From Bacilli bacterium (GTDB lineage Bacteria; Bacillota_I; Bacilli_A; RFN20; UBA1709): a DNA stretch of 64,000 nt. The stretch lies in contig JAXESU010000002.1 of NCBI GenBank assembly GCA_034115825.1, positions 79,226 to 143,225 of the forward strand, written 5' to 3'. Position 1 is the stretch's first letter; the number at the start of each line of letters is the position of its first letter. Positions 49,083-57,756 of this stretch are shown piece by piece. The position numbers and the translations under genes were made by a program. The notes under the pieces were generated by a model that saw nothing but the letters and a program-made list of their open reading frames with translations, had not been told where the DNA came from and searched no databases.

Positions 49083-49383
49083 TGATATTTTAAAAAAGTG
49101 TAAGGAAATCAACTACATTTTAAAATCATTACCTCTTGTTATTGAATATAATAAATTATATGATTTTCTTCTTAATGATCCAAAATTTAATGAAGATAGA
49201 AACACATTATTAGCTAATAAAAAAGTATTACAAACAAGAATTAATTATCTAGAAAATCGCAAGATCTTCTTTGAAAATAAACAAAAATTAGAAAATAATG
49301 TTGTTTATCAAAATTATTTATCAGTAAAAGAAGAACTAAATAATTTAATCAACGAAATAAATAATTTATTATCAATAAAATAA
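49066..49383 (+). CDS. ymcA: YmcA/YlbF-family protein (Y-complex component, UPF0342)
   Basis: 105 aa helical protein. Position immediately downstream of miaB/ymcB, overlapping its stop. Confidence 0.55.
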   Translation: MNKLNNDILKKCKEINYILKSLPLVIEYNKLYDFLLNDPKFNEDRNTLLANKKVLQTRINYLENRKIFFENKQKLENNVVYQNYLSVKEELNNLINEINNLLSIK

Positions 49384-49401
49384 AAGGAGGATAGATTAAT
49401 T

Positions 49402-50019
49402 ATGAATTATAGTGAAATTGTTAATTACTTAAAAAGAAAATATAATGCAAAAATTATTATTCTTTACGGATCTTTTGCTGATGGTAGCAATAATCTAAAT
49501 AGTGATTTTGATGTTCTTGTTATTACAAATGAACAAATTAATACACATGATTCATCAATTATTAATAATATTCAACTTGATGCTTTTATTTATAATTATA
49601 ATTATTTATCAAAAGAAAATTTTTGCTCTTTAGTACAAATATTTGATGGTATTATATTATTAGATGATGAGCAAAAAACTGGAGCTAATTTAATCAAAAA
49701 TATTAATGATTACATAAGTAATTTTTCTATTAAACCGTTGAGTGAAATTAAAGAAAACATTGCTTGGTGCGAAAAAATGTTACTTCGTTTTAATAGAAAC
49801 GATTGTGAAGGCTATTATCGTGCTCATTGGCTATTAGTAGATAGTCTAGAGTTTTTCTTTGACATTATTCATCATTATTACTTTGGACCTAAAAAAGCAT
49901 TAAAATGGATGGAAAAAAATTATAATAATGCCTACTCAATTTATAACAAAGCATTAAAATCATTTGATTTTGAGAGTATTGAGAAATGGGTGACTTTTCT
50001 CAAATCAATGGTTTATTAA
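49402..50019 (+). CDS. Nucleotidyltransferase-domain protein (KNTase/AadA-like minimal NTase + helical C-domain)
   Basis: LYGSFADGSNNLNSDFDVLVIT = Pol-beta NTase motif (GS...D.D). 205 aa with an alpha-helical C-terminal half. Confidence 0.6.
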   Translation: MNYSEIVNYLKRKYNAKIIILYGSFADGSNNLNSDFDVLVITNEQINTHDSSIINNIQLDAFIYNYNYLSKENFCSLVQIFDGIILLDDEQKTGANLIKNINDYISNFSIKPLSEIKENIAWCEKMLLRFNRNDCEGYYRAHWLLVDSLEFFFDIIHHYYFGPKKALKWMEKNYNNAYSIYNKALKSFDFESIEKWVTFLKSMVY

Positions 50020-50021
50020 TT

Positions 50022-50078
50022 AAAAAGAGAGTTTACTGAAATAGCATTTATCAATTTCAGATAACTCTCTTTTTTTAT
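50022..50078. terminator. Bidirectional terminator, long compound hairpin (aagagagtt ... ctgaaat...atttcag ... aactctctt + T7)
   Basis: Nested inverted repeats between the convergent NTase gene (+) and bPH gene (-). Confidence 0.7.
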
Positions 50079-50476
50079 TGTTCAATAATTGATTGATGAA
50101 TTTGGTTTTTATTAATGGTTAAACTTCTAAAATGACTTTCAACATAACGGAAATTTTTAATATCATTAAAGACAATATCTTTTCTTCCAACAATATTTAC
50201 TCTAACAGTTCCATATCCACAGATACTTCCAAAGAAAGATTGAGATGTACTAACCGCTAAAACATCGGTTAACATCATATCATTACGATGAATATTAACA
50301 ATCCCGGTTTGGGTAACTACGCGGTCTTCATATACTTCGTAAGTAGTATTTAAAACCACAATAATACGATAAATTAAATAGATGACTGGAACAATTAACC
50401 AACATAATAATAAACACCAAATAAATGTCCAAGTTATTGTCGCTAAACTTCGACGTACTTTAAATAATAAATTCAT
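50075..50476 (-). CDS. bPH (bacterial PH, YdbS/YdbT-like DUF304) domain membrane protein
   Basis: 133 aa from the internal ATG (GGAGG RBS 6 nt upstream). Two N-terminal TM helices, then a T.Y.V...R.V...G....R....... pattern typical of bPH_2. The longer 194-aa track ORF overlaps the upstream XRE gene and was not used. Confidence 0.55.
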   Translation of the reverse strand: MNLLFKVRRSLATITWTFIWCLLLCWLIVPVIYLIYRIIVVLNTTYEVYEDRVVTQTGIVNIHRNDMMLTDVLAVSTSQSFFGSICGYGTVRVNIVGRKDIVFNDIKNFRYVESHFRSLTINKNQIHQSIIEQ

Positions 50477-50546
50477 ATTGTACCTCCTAATGCTAGTAAT
50501 ATTATAAAAAGAGTTTTGATAATTTAATAGGGCAAAAAATGACCTA

Positions 50547-50768
50547 TTATTTAAAGAAGGTTTCAATAACATCAACATCAAATATTTCAGCAATATCTTC
50601 AATCGTTGAAATACGGTCAATTCCATCTTTAATCCAACGCCTAATCGTTTTTTCATCAACTGATAAAATAAAAGCTGCTTTTTCTTGAGTTAAATTACGA
50701 CTTTTGATTAATAATTTAAAATTGCGACCTGCCTTCTTCGCTAACGATTCCAAAATTATCACGACCAT
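50547..50768 (-). CDS. Small XRE-like HTH transcriptional regulator (73 aa), paralog A
   Basis: HTH-like core LTQEKAAFILSVDEKTIRRWIKDGIDRISTIEDI. No terminator before the bPH gene. Confidence 0.6.
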   Translation of the reverse strand: MVVIILESLAKKAGRNFKLLIKSRNLTQEKAAFILSVDEKTIRRWIKDGIDRISTIEDIAEIFDVDVIETFFK

Positions 50769-50835
50769 TCTATTAATATAATTTTAATGAATATGTGATA
50801 ATTATATTAGGGCGCAAAATGCCCACAAAAAAAGA

Positions 50836-51054
50836 CTACTCTTCATTAAATAGAGTAGTCACTGCATCAATATTAAAAGTGCGGCAGATTAATTCAATCG
50901 TACTAAGTCGATCAATTCCATCTTTAATCCATCTTCTTAAAGTGCGTTCCTCAACATGGAGTAAATAAGCACCTTGTTCTTGAGTTAGATGTCGCTTTTT
51001 TAAAAGATGCTTAAGGTTTCTACCTGCGATAAGTGCAAGTCCTTCCTTGTTCAT
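50836..51054 (-). CDS. Small XRE-like HTH transcriptional regulator (72 aa), paralog B
   Basis: LTQEQGAYLLHVEERTLRRWIKDGIDRLSTIELI. About 55% identical to paralog A. Own -10 boxes upstream. Confidence 0.6.
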   Translation of the reverse strand: MNKEGLALIAGRNLKHLLKKRHLTQEQGAYLLHVEERTLRRWIKDGIDRLSTIELICRTFNIDAVTTLFNEE

Positions 51055-51113
51055 TGTATAACCTCCTTTGCTGAGGCAAAAGCCAAATGCTCCGAAGATT
51101 ATACTAAAAATAT

Positions 51114-51146
51114 TATAACAAAAAAGGTAGTAAAAATACTACCCTT
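51114..51146 (-). terminator. Rho-independent terminator after the 384-aa membrane protein gene (GGGUAGUA uuuuu UACUACC + U6)
   Basis: Hairpin begins at the stop codon and is followed on the minus strand by UUUUUUGUU. Confidence 0.7.
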
Positions 51147-52299
51147 AGCGAAATTCTCCTAAATCATTCATTTCGACATATTTGTTATAAACATATGAAA
51201 AATATCTTTTTTCATCTTTAAAAACAATTCCTAAGATATTAAATGAAGTAACAAAATTACTTAATATTCTTTTAAAAATAATTAAAAAGATAAATAAGAA
51301 TAATGATAATAATGCTGTTAATACTCTAAAAATGATTAATGGATTATTAAAAACAAAACACATTGAAATGAATTGAATAACCAAGTTTACTTGAATGATG
51401 TAATAAAAAACTTTTATTCCGCTTTCAAGATTTCCTTTTAAAACCGGGATACCATTTGAATCAAATAATACTTTAATAATTCGTGATTTAAATAATGCTT
51501 GCCCATTTTCTTTATTCAAATCACTGAATTGTTTTACTAAAGTTAAAGAATAAATTAAACCAATGATTAAAAAGAAACTGAAGGTATCAAGAAATCCATA
51601 ATAAATACAAGCGAAAATAATGATTAATGTCAAAGAAATCGCAAATACAAGATATAATTTAGCAATCAAATCTTTTTCTTGATAAAAAATGCGATAAGAA
51701 AGATCAGAAATCATCATCTTTGGTGCTCTTATTAATCTTCTTTGATATTCTTGTTTATCATCAACTTTTTCTTTTCGCTCTAATTCACTATCAAGCTCTT
51801 GAATAATTTTTTCCATTTTTAAAATGGTTTCACTATTACTATCGACAATTTCTTTTAATGATTGATACTTTGTTGTATTAACTGCATAAATATTTTCTAA
51901 ATATTGTCTGTTAAATGATTCTAACATTATGTTTTTATTTAAAGCATAGACGTTTAATAATTGATAAAATAAAGCCATGTAATTAACAACAACTTCTAAA
52001 CTAATTTCTTTTTCTAAACGATGTTTATGTTTATTGATTTTTAAACCATAATCCAAAAGTTTACTATATACTTTAATATCTAAATTCAAATCAATTAATA
52101 AATATTGTTTTAAATCTTTATCATTTAACAAATCATGAATTGAACCTTTAATCGGTTTATCGATTAAGCTACGTAAAAACTGTTCAACTAAACTATTATA
52201 AGAATCATAAAAGGAATTAGAAGCATTTTTAATATTTTCAATCACGGTTTTATAACGATTTTTGACATTATCATCCAAAAAATAAACTAATTGCTCCAT
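51145..52299 (-). CDS. Hypothetical two-domain protein: ~225-aa cytoplasmic helical N-domain + ~160-aa polytopic membrane C-domain
   Basis: Start placed at Met17 (MEQLVYFLDD...), giving an ATGA overlap with the mfd stop. C-terminal half has 4-5 strongly hydrophobic helices. No recognisable catalytic motif. Confidence 0.5.
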   Translation of the reverse strand: MEQLVYFLDDNVKNRYKTVIENIKNASNSFYDSYNSLVEQFLRSLIDKPIKGSIHDLLNDKDLKQYLLIDLNLDIKVYSKLLDYGLKINKHKHRLEKEISLEVVVNYMALFYQLLNVYALNKNIMLESFNRQYLENIYAVNTTKYQSLKEIVDSNSETILKMEKIIQELDSELERKEKVDDKQEYQRRLIRAPKMMISDLSYRIFYQEKDLIAKLYLVFAISLTLIIIFACIYYGFLDTFSFFLIIGLIYSLTLVKQFSDLNKENGQALFKSRIIKVLFDSNGIPVLKGNLESGIKVFYYIIQVNLVIQFISMCFVFNNPLIIFRVLTALLSLFLFIFLIIFKRILSNFVTSFNILGIVFKDEKRYFSYVYNKYVEMNDLGEFR

Positions 52300-52300
52300 G

Positions 52301-55300
52301 TTATTCGTTCTCCTTAATGATTTCATTAATGGCCAATAAAACTTCACTTGCTAAATTTAACCATTTTTCTTTTTTAATTAGACGAACAATAATATGATTC
52401 TTTTTATATTGAAGGGTAATTTTTGGATCTAGTTGCATACATTTTTGGAAAATCTTTAATCCAATTCCATCAATACTAGAAACTCGTTCTTGATAAACAA
52501 CTTCATAATATTCTTTAGTATCAATAACATCTTCAATATATGACATTTTAACAGTAATTTCTAATCGACGTTTTTCAATTAATAATTTAACAGGTGGAGT
52601 TAGTTTTCCATAAACATCAATCATTTCTTCTTCTAATGAACTTAACTCTTTTAATGTTTTAACTTTTTCAATCTTTTGATATAACGATATCTTATCTAAA
52701 TCATCATTGCTAAATTCATTTGGAATGTAGGCATCAACATTGATGATTTTTTTATATTCATCATCTTTATGTTTAAGCCCGGTTTTCTTTTCTTCAATAG
52801 CTTCTTTTAAAAGTTCAATATACATATCCATACCAATGGTATCAATAAAACCAGCTTGTTCGGCTCCTAAAATATCACCAGCACCACGAATTGATAAATC
52901 TCTCATCGCAATTTTATAACCACTTCCAAGTTCAGCAAATTCCTTAATCGCTTTTAAACGTTTAAAAGCAATTTCATTAACATTTTTATTTTTACGATAA
53001 AATAAATAAGCATACGCTAATCGATCTCCTCGACCAACACGTCCTTTAATTTGATAAAGTTGCGATAAGCCAAAATGATCAGCATCGTCAACAATAATCG
53101 TATTAGCATTAGGAACATCAATACCGCTTTCAATAATCGTTGTACAAATTAAAACATTACCTAAATTATTATAAAAATCAAGCATCGATTGTTCAATTTC
53201 TTCTCTTGTCATTTTACCATGAGCAACAATAACATTACTTCCTTTGACACTACTTGATATTTTATTAGCTACCTCATAAATTGTTGAAATATTATTATGC
53301 AAATAAAATACCTGACCATTACGAGCTAACTCACGTTCAATAACGTCCTTAATTAAAGCATCTTTTTTCTCTAAAACATATGTTTGAACAGGCATACGAT
53401 TACTAGGTGGAGTGTTTATTTGGGATAAATTACGAATACCTAGTAAGCTCATTTGTAAAGTACGAGGAATTGGTGTCGCACTTAAAGTTAAAACATCGAT
53501 TGAATTTTTTAATTCTTTAATTTTTTCTTTATGCAAAACACCAAAACGTTGCTCTTCATCGACAATTAATAATCCCAAATCTTTAAAGACAATATCACTA
53601 GATAATAAACGATGAGTTCCGATTACTAAATGAATTGTTCCTTCCTTAATACCTTTTAAATATAACTTTTCTTCACTTGGTTTGGTAAATCTTGATAAAA
53701 TCGCAATATTAATTCCAAATCCTTTAAAACGTTCAAGAGCGTTTTCATAATGTTGTTTACATAGTAGTGTTGTTGGTGTTAATAACGCCACTTGTTTATT
53801 TGACATAATCGCTTTAAAAGCGGCACAAAAAGCAACTTCGGTTTTACCAAAGCCAACATCACCACATAATAAACGATCCATTGGATATTCTTGTTCCATA
53901 TCCTCTTTAATTTCTTTAATTGATTGTTTTTGATCACTTGTTAACTCATATGGGAAAGAATTTTCAAATTGAGTTTGCCATTCATCATCTTTATTAAAAG
54001 CAAAGCCAACTTTTTCAACTCGTTTTTGATATAAATCAATTAAACGTTCCGCAATATCGTAAATACGATTTTTAATTTTGGTCTTCGTTTTTTTCCATTC
54101 ATCGCTTCCAACCTTATTTAAGCGTGGAACAACACCTTCTTTAGAAACATACTTTTTAATCATTCTAAATTGTTCTAATGGAACATAAATAACATCATTA
54201 TTACGATATAAAATTTTTAAATAATCTTTATGGATATTATCAATAACTTTGGTTTCAAGTCCAAGATATTGACCGATACCGTGAATTTCATGAACAACAT
54301 AATCGCCTTTTTGTAAAGAATCATATGACTTTAATGAAACAGCATCTTTATAACGAGTATAAGATTTTTTACCACGACTATTAATATTAAAAATTTCATA
54401 ACTTGATAAATAAATCAAATTTTCATCAACTAATTCAAAACCTTCTTTTAATGGGAAAATACATAAAGAAACATTACTATCGATTTTATTTTCAAAATTG
54501 GTTGTTTTATATGCTAAATCCCATTCAGTTAACCACGATTTTAAATATTCATATTGTTTATTGTTTTCAACACATAAAACAATCTTTTTTGAATTACGTA
54601 AATACTCATTAACTAAAGCTTGTAACTTTTTACCATTTCCATAACTTAATTCAACTTCACGAAGAGGAAAATCAATATCACGATCACTATCACTAAACGT
54701 CTTAATATACGAAACTTTTTTGGCTTTACTTAAACAATAAGTTAAATCCATAAGTAGAGTAAAATTAGCGTTATTGTCTAAATACTCATACGCTTCATTT
54801 AATAATAATTGGTAGTTTTCGTTAATCATATTATAATTTGATAACACTAATAAATAGTCATTAGCATAATCTAAAATCGAATGATAATCACTAAATTTAG
54901 AAAAATACTTATACATTGTGGCATAACTATTTTTTTCTAATAATTGTGCTTTTTCTTCTTCGTTTTCAATATTTAAAGTTTGTAAAGTGGATTGATAATC
55001 ACGATAGACTAAATCGCTAGCAGGAATAATTTTAATATTACTAACACTTTCGATACTACGATAAGTATTTAAATCAAAGAAACGAATTGAATCAATTTCA
55101 TTACCAAAAAATTCAATTCTAATCGGATTTAGATAATTAACACTATAAATATCTAAAACGCCACCACGGAGAGCGAATTCTAATGAATGTTCAATTTTAT
55201 TTACGCGATTATAACCTAAATCTATTAATTTAGTAATTAATTCATTTAACTTAATTTCATCATTAATTTTTAAATTAATACATTTATCAACAAACAATTG

Positions 55301-55660
55301 TTTTAAAGGTAAAAGACGCAGAATAGAAGCTGTATGGGTAATAATAATATACGGCTTTTCGTTTTCAATTAATTTATTTAAAACATAAATTCGTTGACAT
55401 AAAAGTTCAGGTGAAGAAGCAATAGCTTCAATGCGAAAACTTTCATCACTTGGGAAAAATAAACAATCATCTTCCAAAGACGAAATTTGATCATATAATT
55501 TTTGGGCCTTATATAAATTGTTTTCAACAACAATAATTGATTTACGTTCTTTTTTAAAACTTGCCACGACTAAAAGGGAGTCAAATGATGTTACTACATT
55601 AACTCCTTTATAAAGATGTTTACAAGCCTCATAATTTTTTAGTAAATCAATTACATACAT
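52301..55660 (-). CDS. mfd: Transcription-repair coupling factor
   Basis: 1119 aa. UvrB-homology N-domain, RNAP-interacting domain, superfamily-2 helicase motifs (GDVGFGKTEVA, DEEQRFG), TRG motif, C-terminal D7. Confidence 0.95.
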   Translation of the reverse strand: MYVIDLLKNYEACKHLYKGVNVVTSFDSLLVVASFKKERKSIIVVENNLYKAQKLYDQISSLEDDCLFFPSDESFRIEAIASSPELLCQRIYVLNKLIENEKPYIIITHTASILRLLPLKQLFVDKCINLKINDEIKLNELITKLIDLGYNRVNKIEHSLEFALRGGVLDIYSVNYLNPIRIEFFGNEIDSIRFFDLNTYRSIESVSNIKIIPASDLVYRDYQSTLQTLNIENEEEKAQLLEKNSYATMYKYFSKFSDYHSILDYANDYLLVLSNYNMINENYQLLLNEAYEYLDNNANFTLLMDLTYCLSKAKKVSYIKTFSDSDRDIDFPLREVELSYGNGKKLQALVNEYLRNSKKIVLCVENNKQYEYLKSWLTEWDLAYKTTNFENKIDSNVSLCIFPLKEGFELVDENLIYLSSYEIFNINSRGKKSYTRYKDAVSLKSYDSLQKGDYVVHEIHGIGQYLGLETKVIDNIHKDYLKILYRNNDVIYVPLEQFRMIKKYVSKEGVVPRLNKVGSDEWKKTKTKIKNRIYDIAERLIDLYQKRVEKVGFAFNKDDEWQTQFENSFPYELTSDQKQSIKEIKEDMEQEYPMDRLLCGDVGFGKTEVAFCAAFKAIMSNKQVALLTPTTLLCKQHYENALERFKGFGINIAILSRFTKPSEEKLYLKGIKEGTIHLVIGTHRLLSSDIVFKDLGLLIVDEEQRFGVLHKEKIKELKNSIDVLTLSATPIPRTLQMSLLGIRNLSQINTPPSNRMPVQTYVLEKKDALIKDVIERELARNGQVFYLHNNISTIYEVANKISSSVKGSNVIVAHGKMTREEIEQSMLDFYNNLGNVLICTTIIESGIDVPNANTIIVDDADHFGLSQLYQIKGRVGRGDRLAYAYLFYRKNKNVNEIAFKRLKAIKEFAELGSGYKIAMRDLSIRGAGDILGAEQAGFIDTIGMDMYIELLKEAIEEKKTGLKHKDDEYKKIINVDAYIPNEFSNDDLDKISLYQKIEKVKTLKELSSLEEEMIDVYGKLTPPVKLLIEKRRLEITVKMSYIEDVIDTKEYYEVVYQERVSSIDGIGLKIFQKCMQLDPKITLQYKKNHIIVRLIKKEKWLNLASEVLLAINEIIKENE

Positions 55661-55661
55661 A

Positions 55662-56216
55662 CTACTTCACCTTGATGTTATAATTATTCATAATTTTATT
55701 AAATGGCTCTTTACTCCACTTTTGTAAAGCTTCAATAGCTTTATCAATAATAGGATTTAAAACTTCCATTTCTTCTTTATTAAACGAAGATAAAACATAA
55801 TCTTTAGTATCAATATTTTTATTTTTAGAAACACCGATGCGCATTCTTTTAAAATTATCATTACCTAAATGCATAATAATATTTTTAATACCGTTATGGC
55901 CACCAGCACTACATTTATCACGTAAACGTAAACTACCTAATGGAATATCTAAATCATCTTGAATAACAATAATATCTTCTTGATTGATTTTAAAATAATC
56001 CATTACTTCCCTAACTGATTCACCACTTAAATTCATATATGTTTGTGGTTTTAATAATATGAAATCGCTATTTTTAGAAATTAACCCTTTTTTAAATTGT
56101 TTAAATGGAGCAAGGTGATTAACTTCGACAAAACGATCAACAACCATAAAACCAACATTATGGCGACTATTTTGATATTCAATTCCAGGATTTCCTAATC
56201 CAACAATTAATTTCAT
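55662..56216 (-). CDS. pth: Peptidyl-tRNA hydrolase
   Basis: MKLIVGLGNPG...RHNVGF motif. 184 aa. Confidence 0.95.
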   Translation of the reverse strand: MKLIVGLGNPGIEYQNSRHNVGFMVVDRFVEVNHLAPFKQFKKGLISKNSDFILLKPQTYMNLSGESVREVMDYFKINQEDIIVIQDDLDIPLGSLRLRDKCSAGGHNGIKNIIMHLGNDNFKRMRIGVSKNKNIDTKDYVLSSFNKEEMEVLNPIIDKAIEALQKWSKEPFNKIMNNYNIKVK

Positions 56217-56929
56217 TATTTTTCTCCTTTTAAACTTTTTAAATACTTAATTTCATTATCGCGCAATTTACGATACATTCCTTCTTTTAGACCAATCGTT
56301 GAAATATCAGCAAAAGATTCACGATTAAGTTTAATAACTTCTTCTCCTAGTGCTTCAAATATACGTTTAACTTCGTGGTTTTTACCTTCCATCAAAGTTA
56401 ATTTAACAATCGTTTTATCTTTATTTTTCTTTAAAACTTCGTATTCTTTAACCGTCGCTTTACTTCCATCATCTAAAATAACCGGATCATTTAAACGTTC
56501 TAAATCTTTAGCTTCACCTTTTAAAGTAACAATATAAACCTTTTTTACTTGATAACGTGGATGCGTTAGTTTGTTCGTTAAATCACCATCATTAGTAAAT
56601 AAAAGCGCTCCTGTTGTATCAAAATCAAGTCTTCCAACCGGATAAATTCTTTCTTTAACATCTTTTAAAAAGTCGCGAGCAATTGGACGATTGCGATCAT
56701 CTTTATTGGTTGTAACGCAATTACGAGGTTTATTTAAAAGATAGTAAACAAACTTTTCTTTAAATAGACGTTTCCCTTCAATAATAATTTCATCTTTTTC
56801 ACTAGCTAATGTTCCAAGTTTAGTAACAATTTCACCATTAACACTTACTTTACCTTCACTAATTAATTGTTCGGCTTTTCTTCTTGAACAATATCCAGCA
56901 TTTGCAATTACTTTTTGTAATCTTTCCAT
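56216..56929 (-). CDS. rluB: rRNA pseudouridine synthase (RsuA/RluB family) with N-terminal S4 domain
   Basis: S4 motif RLQKVIANAGYCSRRKAEQLI and catalytic GRLDFDTTGALLFTND. Confidence 0.85.
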   Translation of the reverse strand: MERLQKVIANAGYCSRRKAEQLISEGKVSVNGEIVTKLGTLASEKDEIIIEGKRLFKEKFVYYLLNKPRNCVTTNKDDRNRPIARDFLKDVKERIYPVGRLDFDTTGALLFTNDGDLTNKLTHPRYQVKKVYIVTLKGEAKDLERLNDPVILDDGSKATVKEYEVLKKNKDKTIVKLTLMEGKNHEVKRIFEALGEEVIKLNRESFADISTIGLKEGMYRKLRDNEIKYLKSLKGEK

Positions 56930-57756
56930 TATTTATCTCCTTTAAGAAGGTTAATTAATCGTTCAAAATCGTGTTCATCTTTATAATATAGACGAATTTC
57001 ACGGCTAGAAATCTTAACATTAACCTTTAATGCTTCACTTAATTCTTTTTCCGTATTTTGATACAAATTTTTCTTAACTTTTTTGTTTTGCTTAAAAACT
57101 AATTTTTCAGTTTCACGGACATTTAATTTTTTAGTTTTAACAATATTAGCATATTTTAAAGCTTCTTCTTTTGGTAAACCAACAAGAACTCTTATATGTC
57201 CACTTGTTAATTCATTTTTATTTAACATTTCTTGAACTTCTAAAGGTAACTTTAAAAGACGCATAATATTAGCGATATAACTACGTGATTTACCAACCTT
57301 TGTAGCTAATTCTTTTTGAGTATAATTATACATTTTGATTAATTCAACATAGGCCTTAGCTTCTTCTAAAGGTGTTAAATCTTCCCTTTGAATATTTTCA
57401 ATAATTGCTACTTCCGACATATCTTGATCATCAAAATCAACGACAATAGCAGGTATTTTAACTAAATTAGCTAGTTTTGAAGCACGGAAACGTCGTTCAC
57501 CAGCGACTAATTCATATAAATCGTCTTTTTTACGAACTAAGATTGGTGTTAAAACCCCTTTTTGTAAAATTGATTCTTTTAATTCATTTAATTTTACTTC
57601 ATCAAAATGTTTACGTGGTTGAAAAGGGTTAGGTAAAATTTTACTTAACTCAATTTCCGTTTTATAATCTTGTGAATTTGTTTGTAAAAACTCGACTTTT
57701 TTACTTAAAGATTCATCGTTAAATAAATCTTTTAATCCCTTACCTAATTTTTCCAC
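56929..57756 (-). CDS. parB: Chromosome partitioning protein ParB (Spo0J)
   Basis: ParB box GERRFRA, HTH region. 275 aa. Confidence 0.9.
   Translation of the reverse strand: MEKLGKGLKDLFNDESLSKKVEFLQTNSQDYKTEIELSKILPNPFQPRKHFDEVKLNELKESILQKGVLTPILVRKKDDLYELVAGERRFRASKLANLVKIPAIVVDFDDQDMSEVAIIENIQREDLTPLEEAKAYVELIKMYNYTQKELATKVGKSRSYIANIMRLLKLPLEVQEMLNKNELTSGHIRVLVGLPKEEALKYANIVKTKKLNVRETEKLVFKQNKKVKKNLYQNTEKELSEALKVNVKISSREIRLYYKDEHDFERLINLLKGDK

Noticed and set aside
50477-50659. N-terminal 61-aa extension of the bPH protein in the ORF track (194-aa version)
   Set aside because: The extension overlaps the upstream XRE gene in another frame. The internal ATG at 50474-50476 has a GGAGG RBS and the bPH domain starts right after it.
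52300-52347. First 16 codons of the 400-aa ORF overlapping the mfd C-terminus
   Set aside because: Met17 gives the common ATGA stop/start overlap with mfd. A 47-nt overlap is less plausible.
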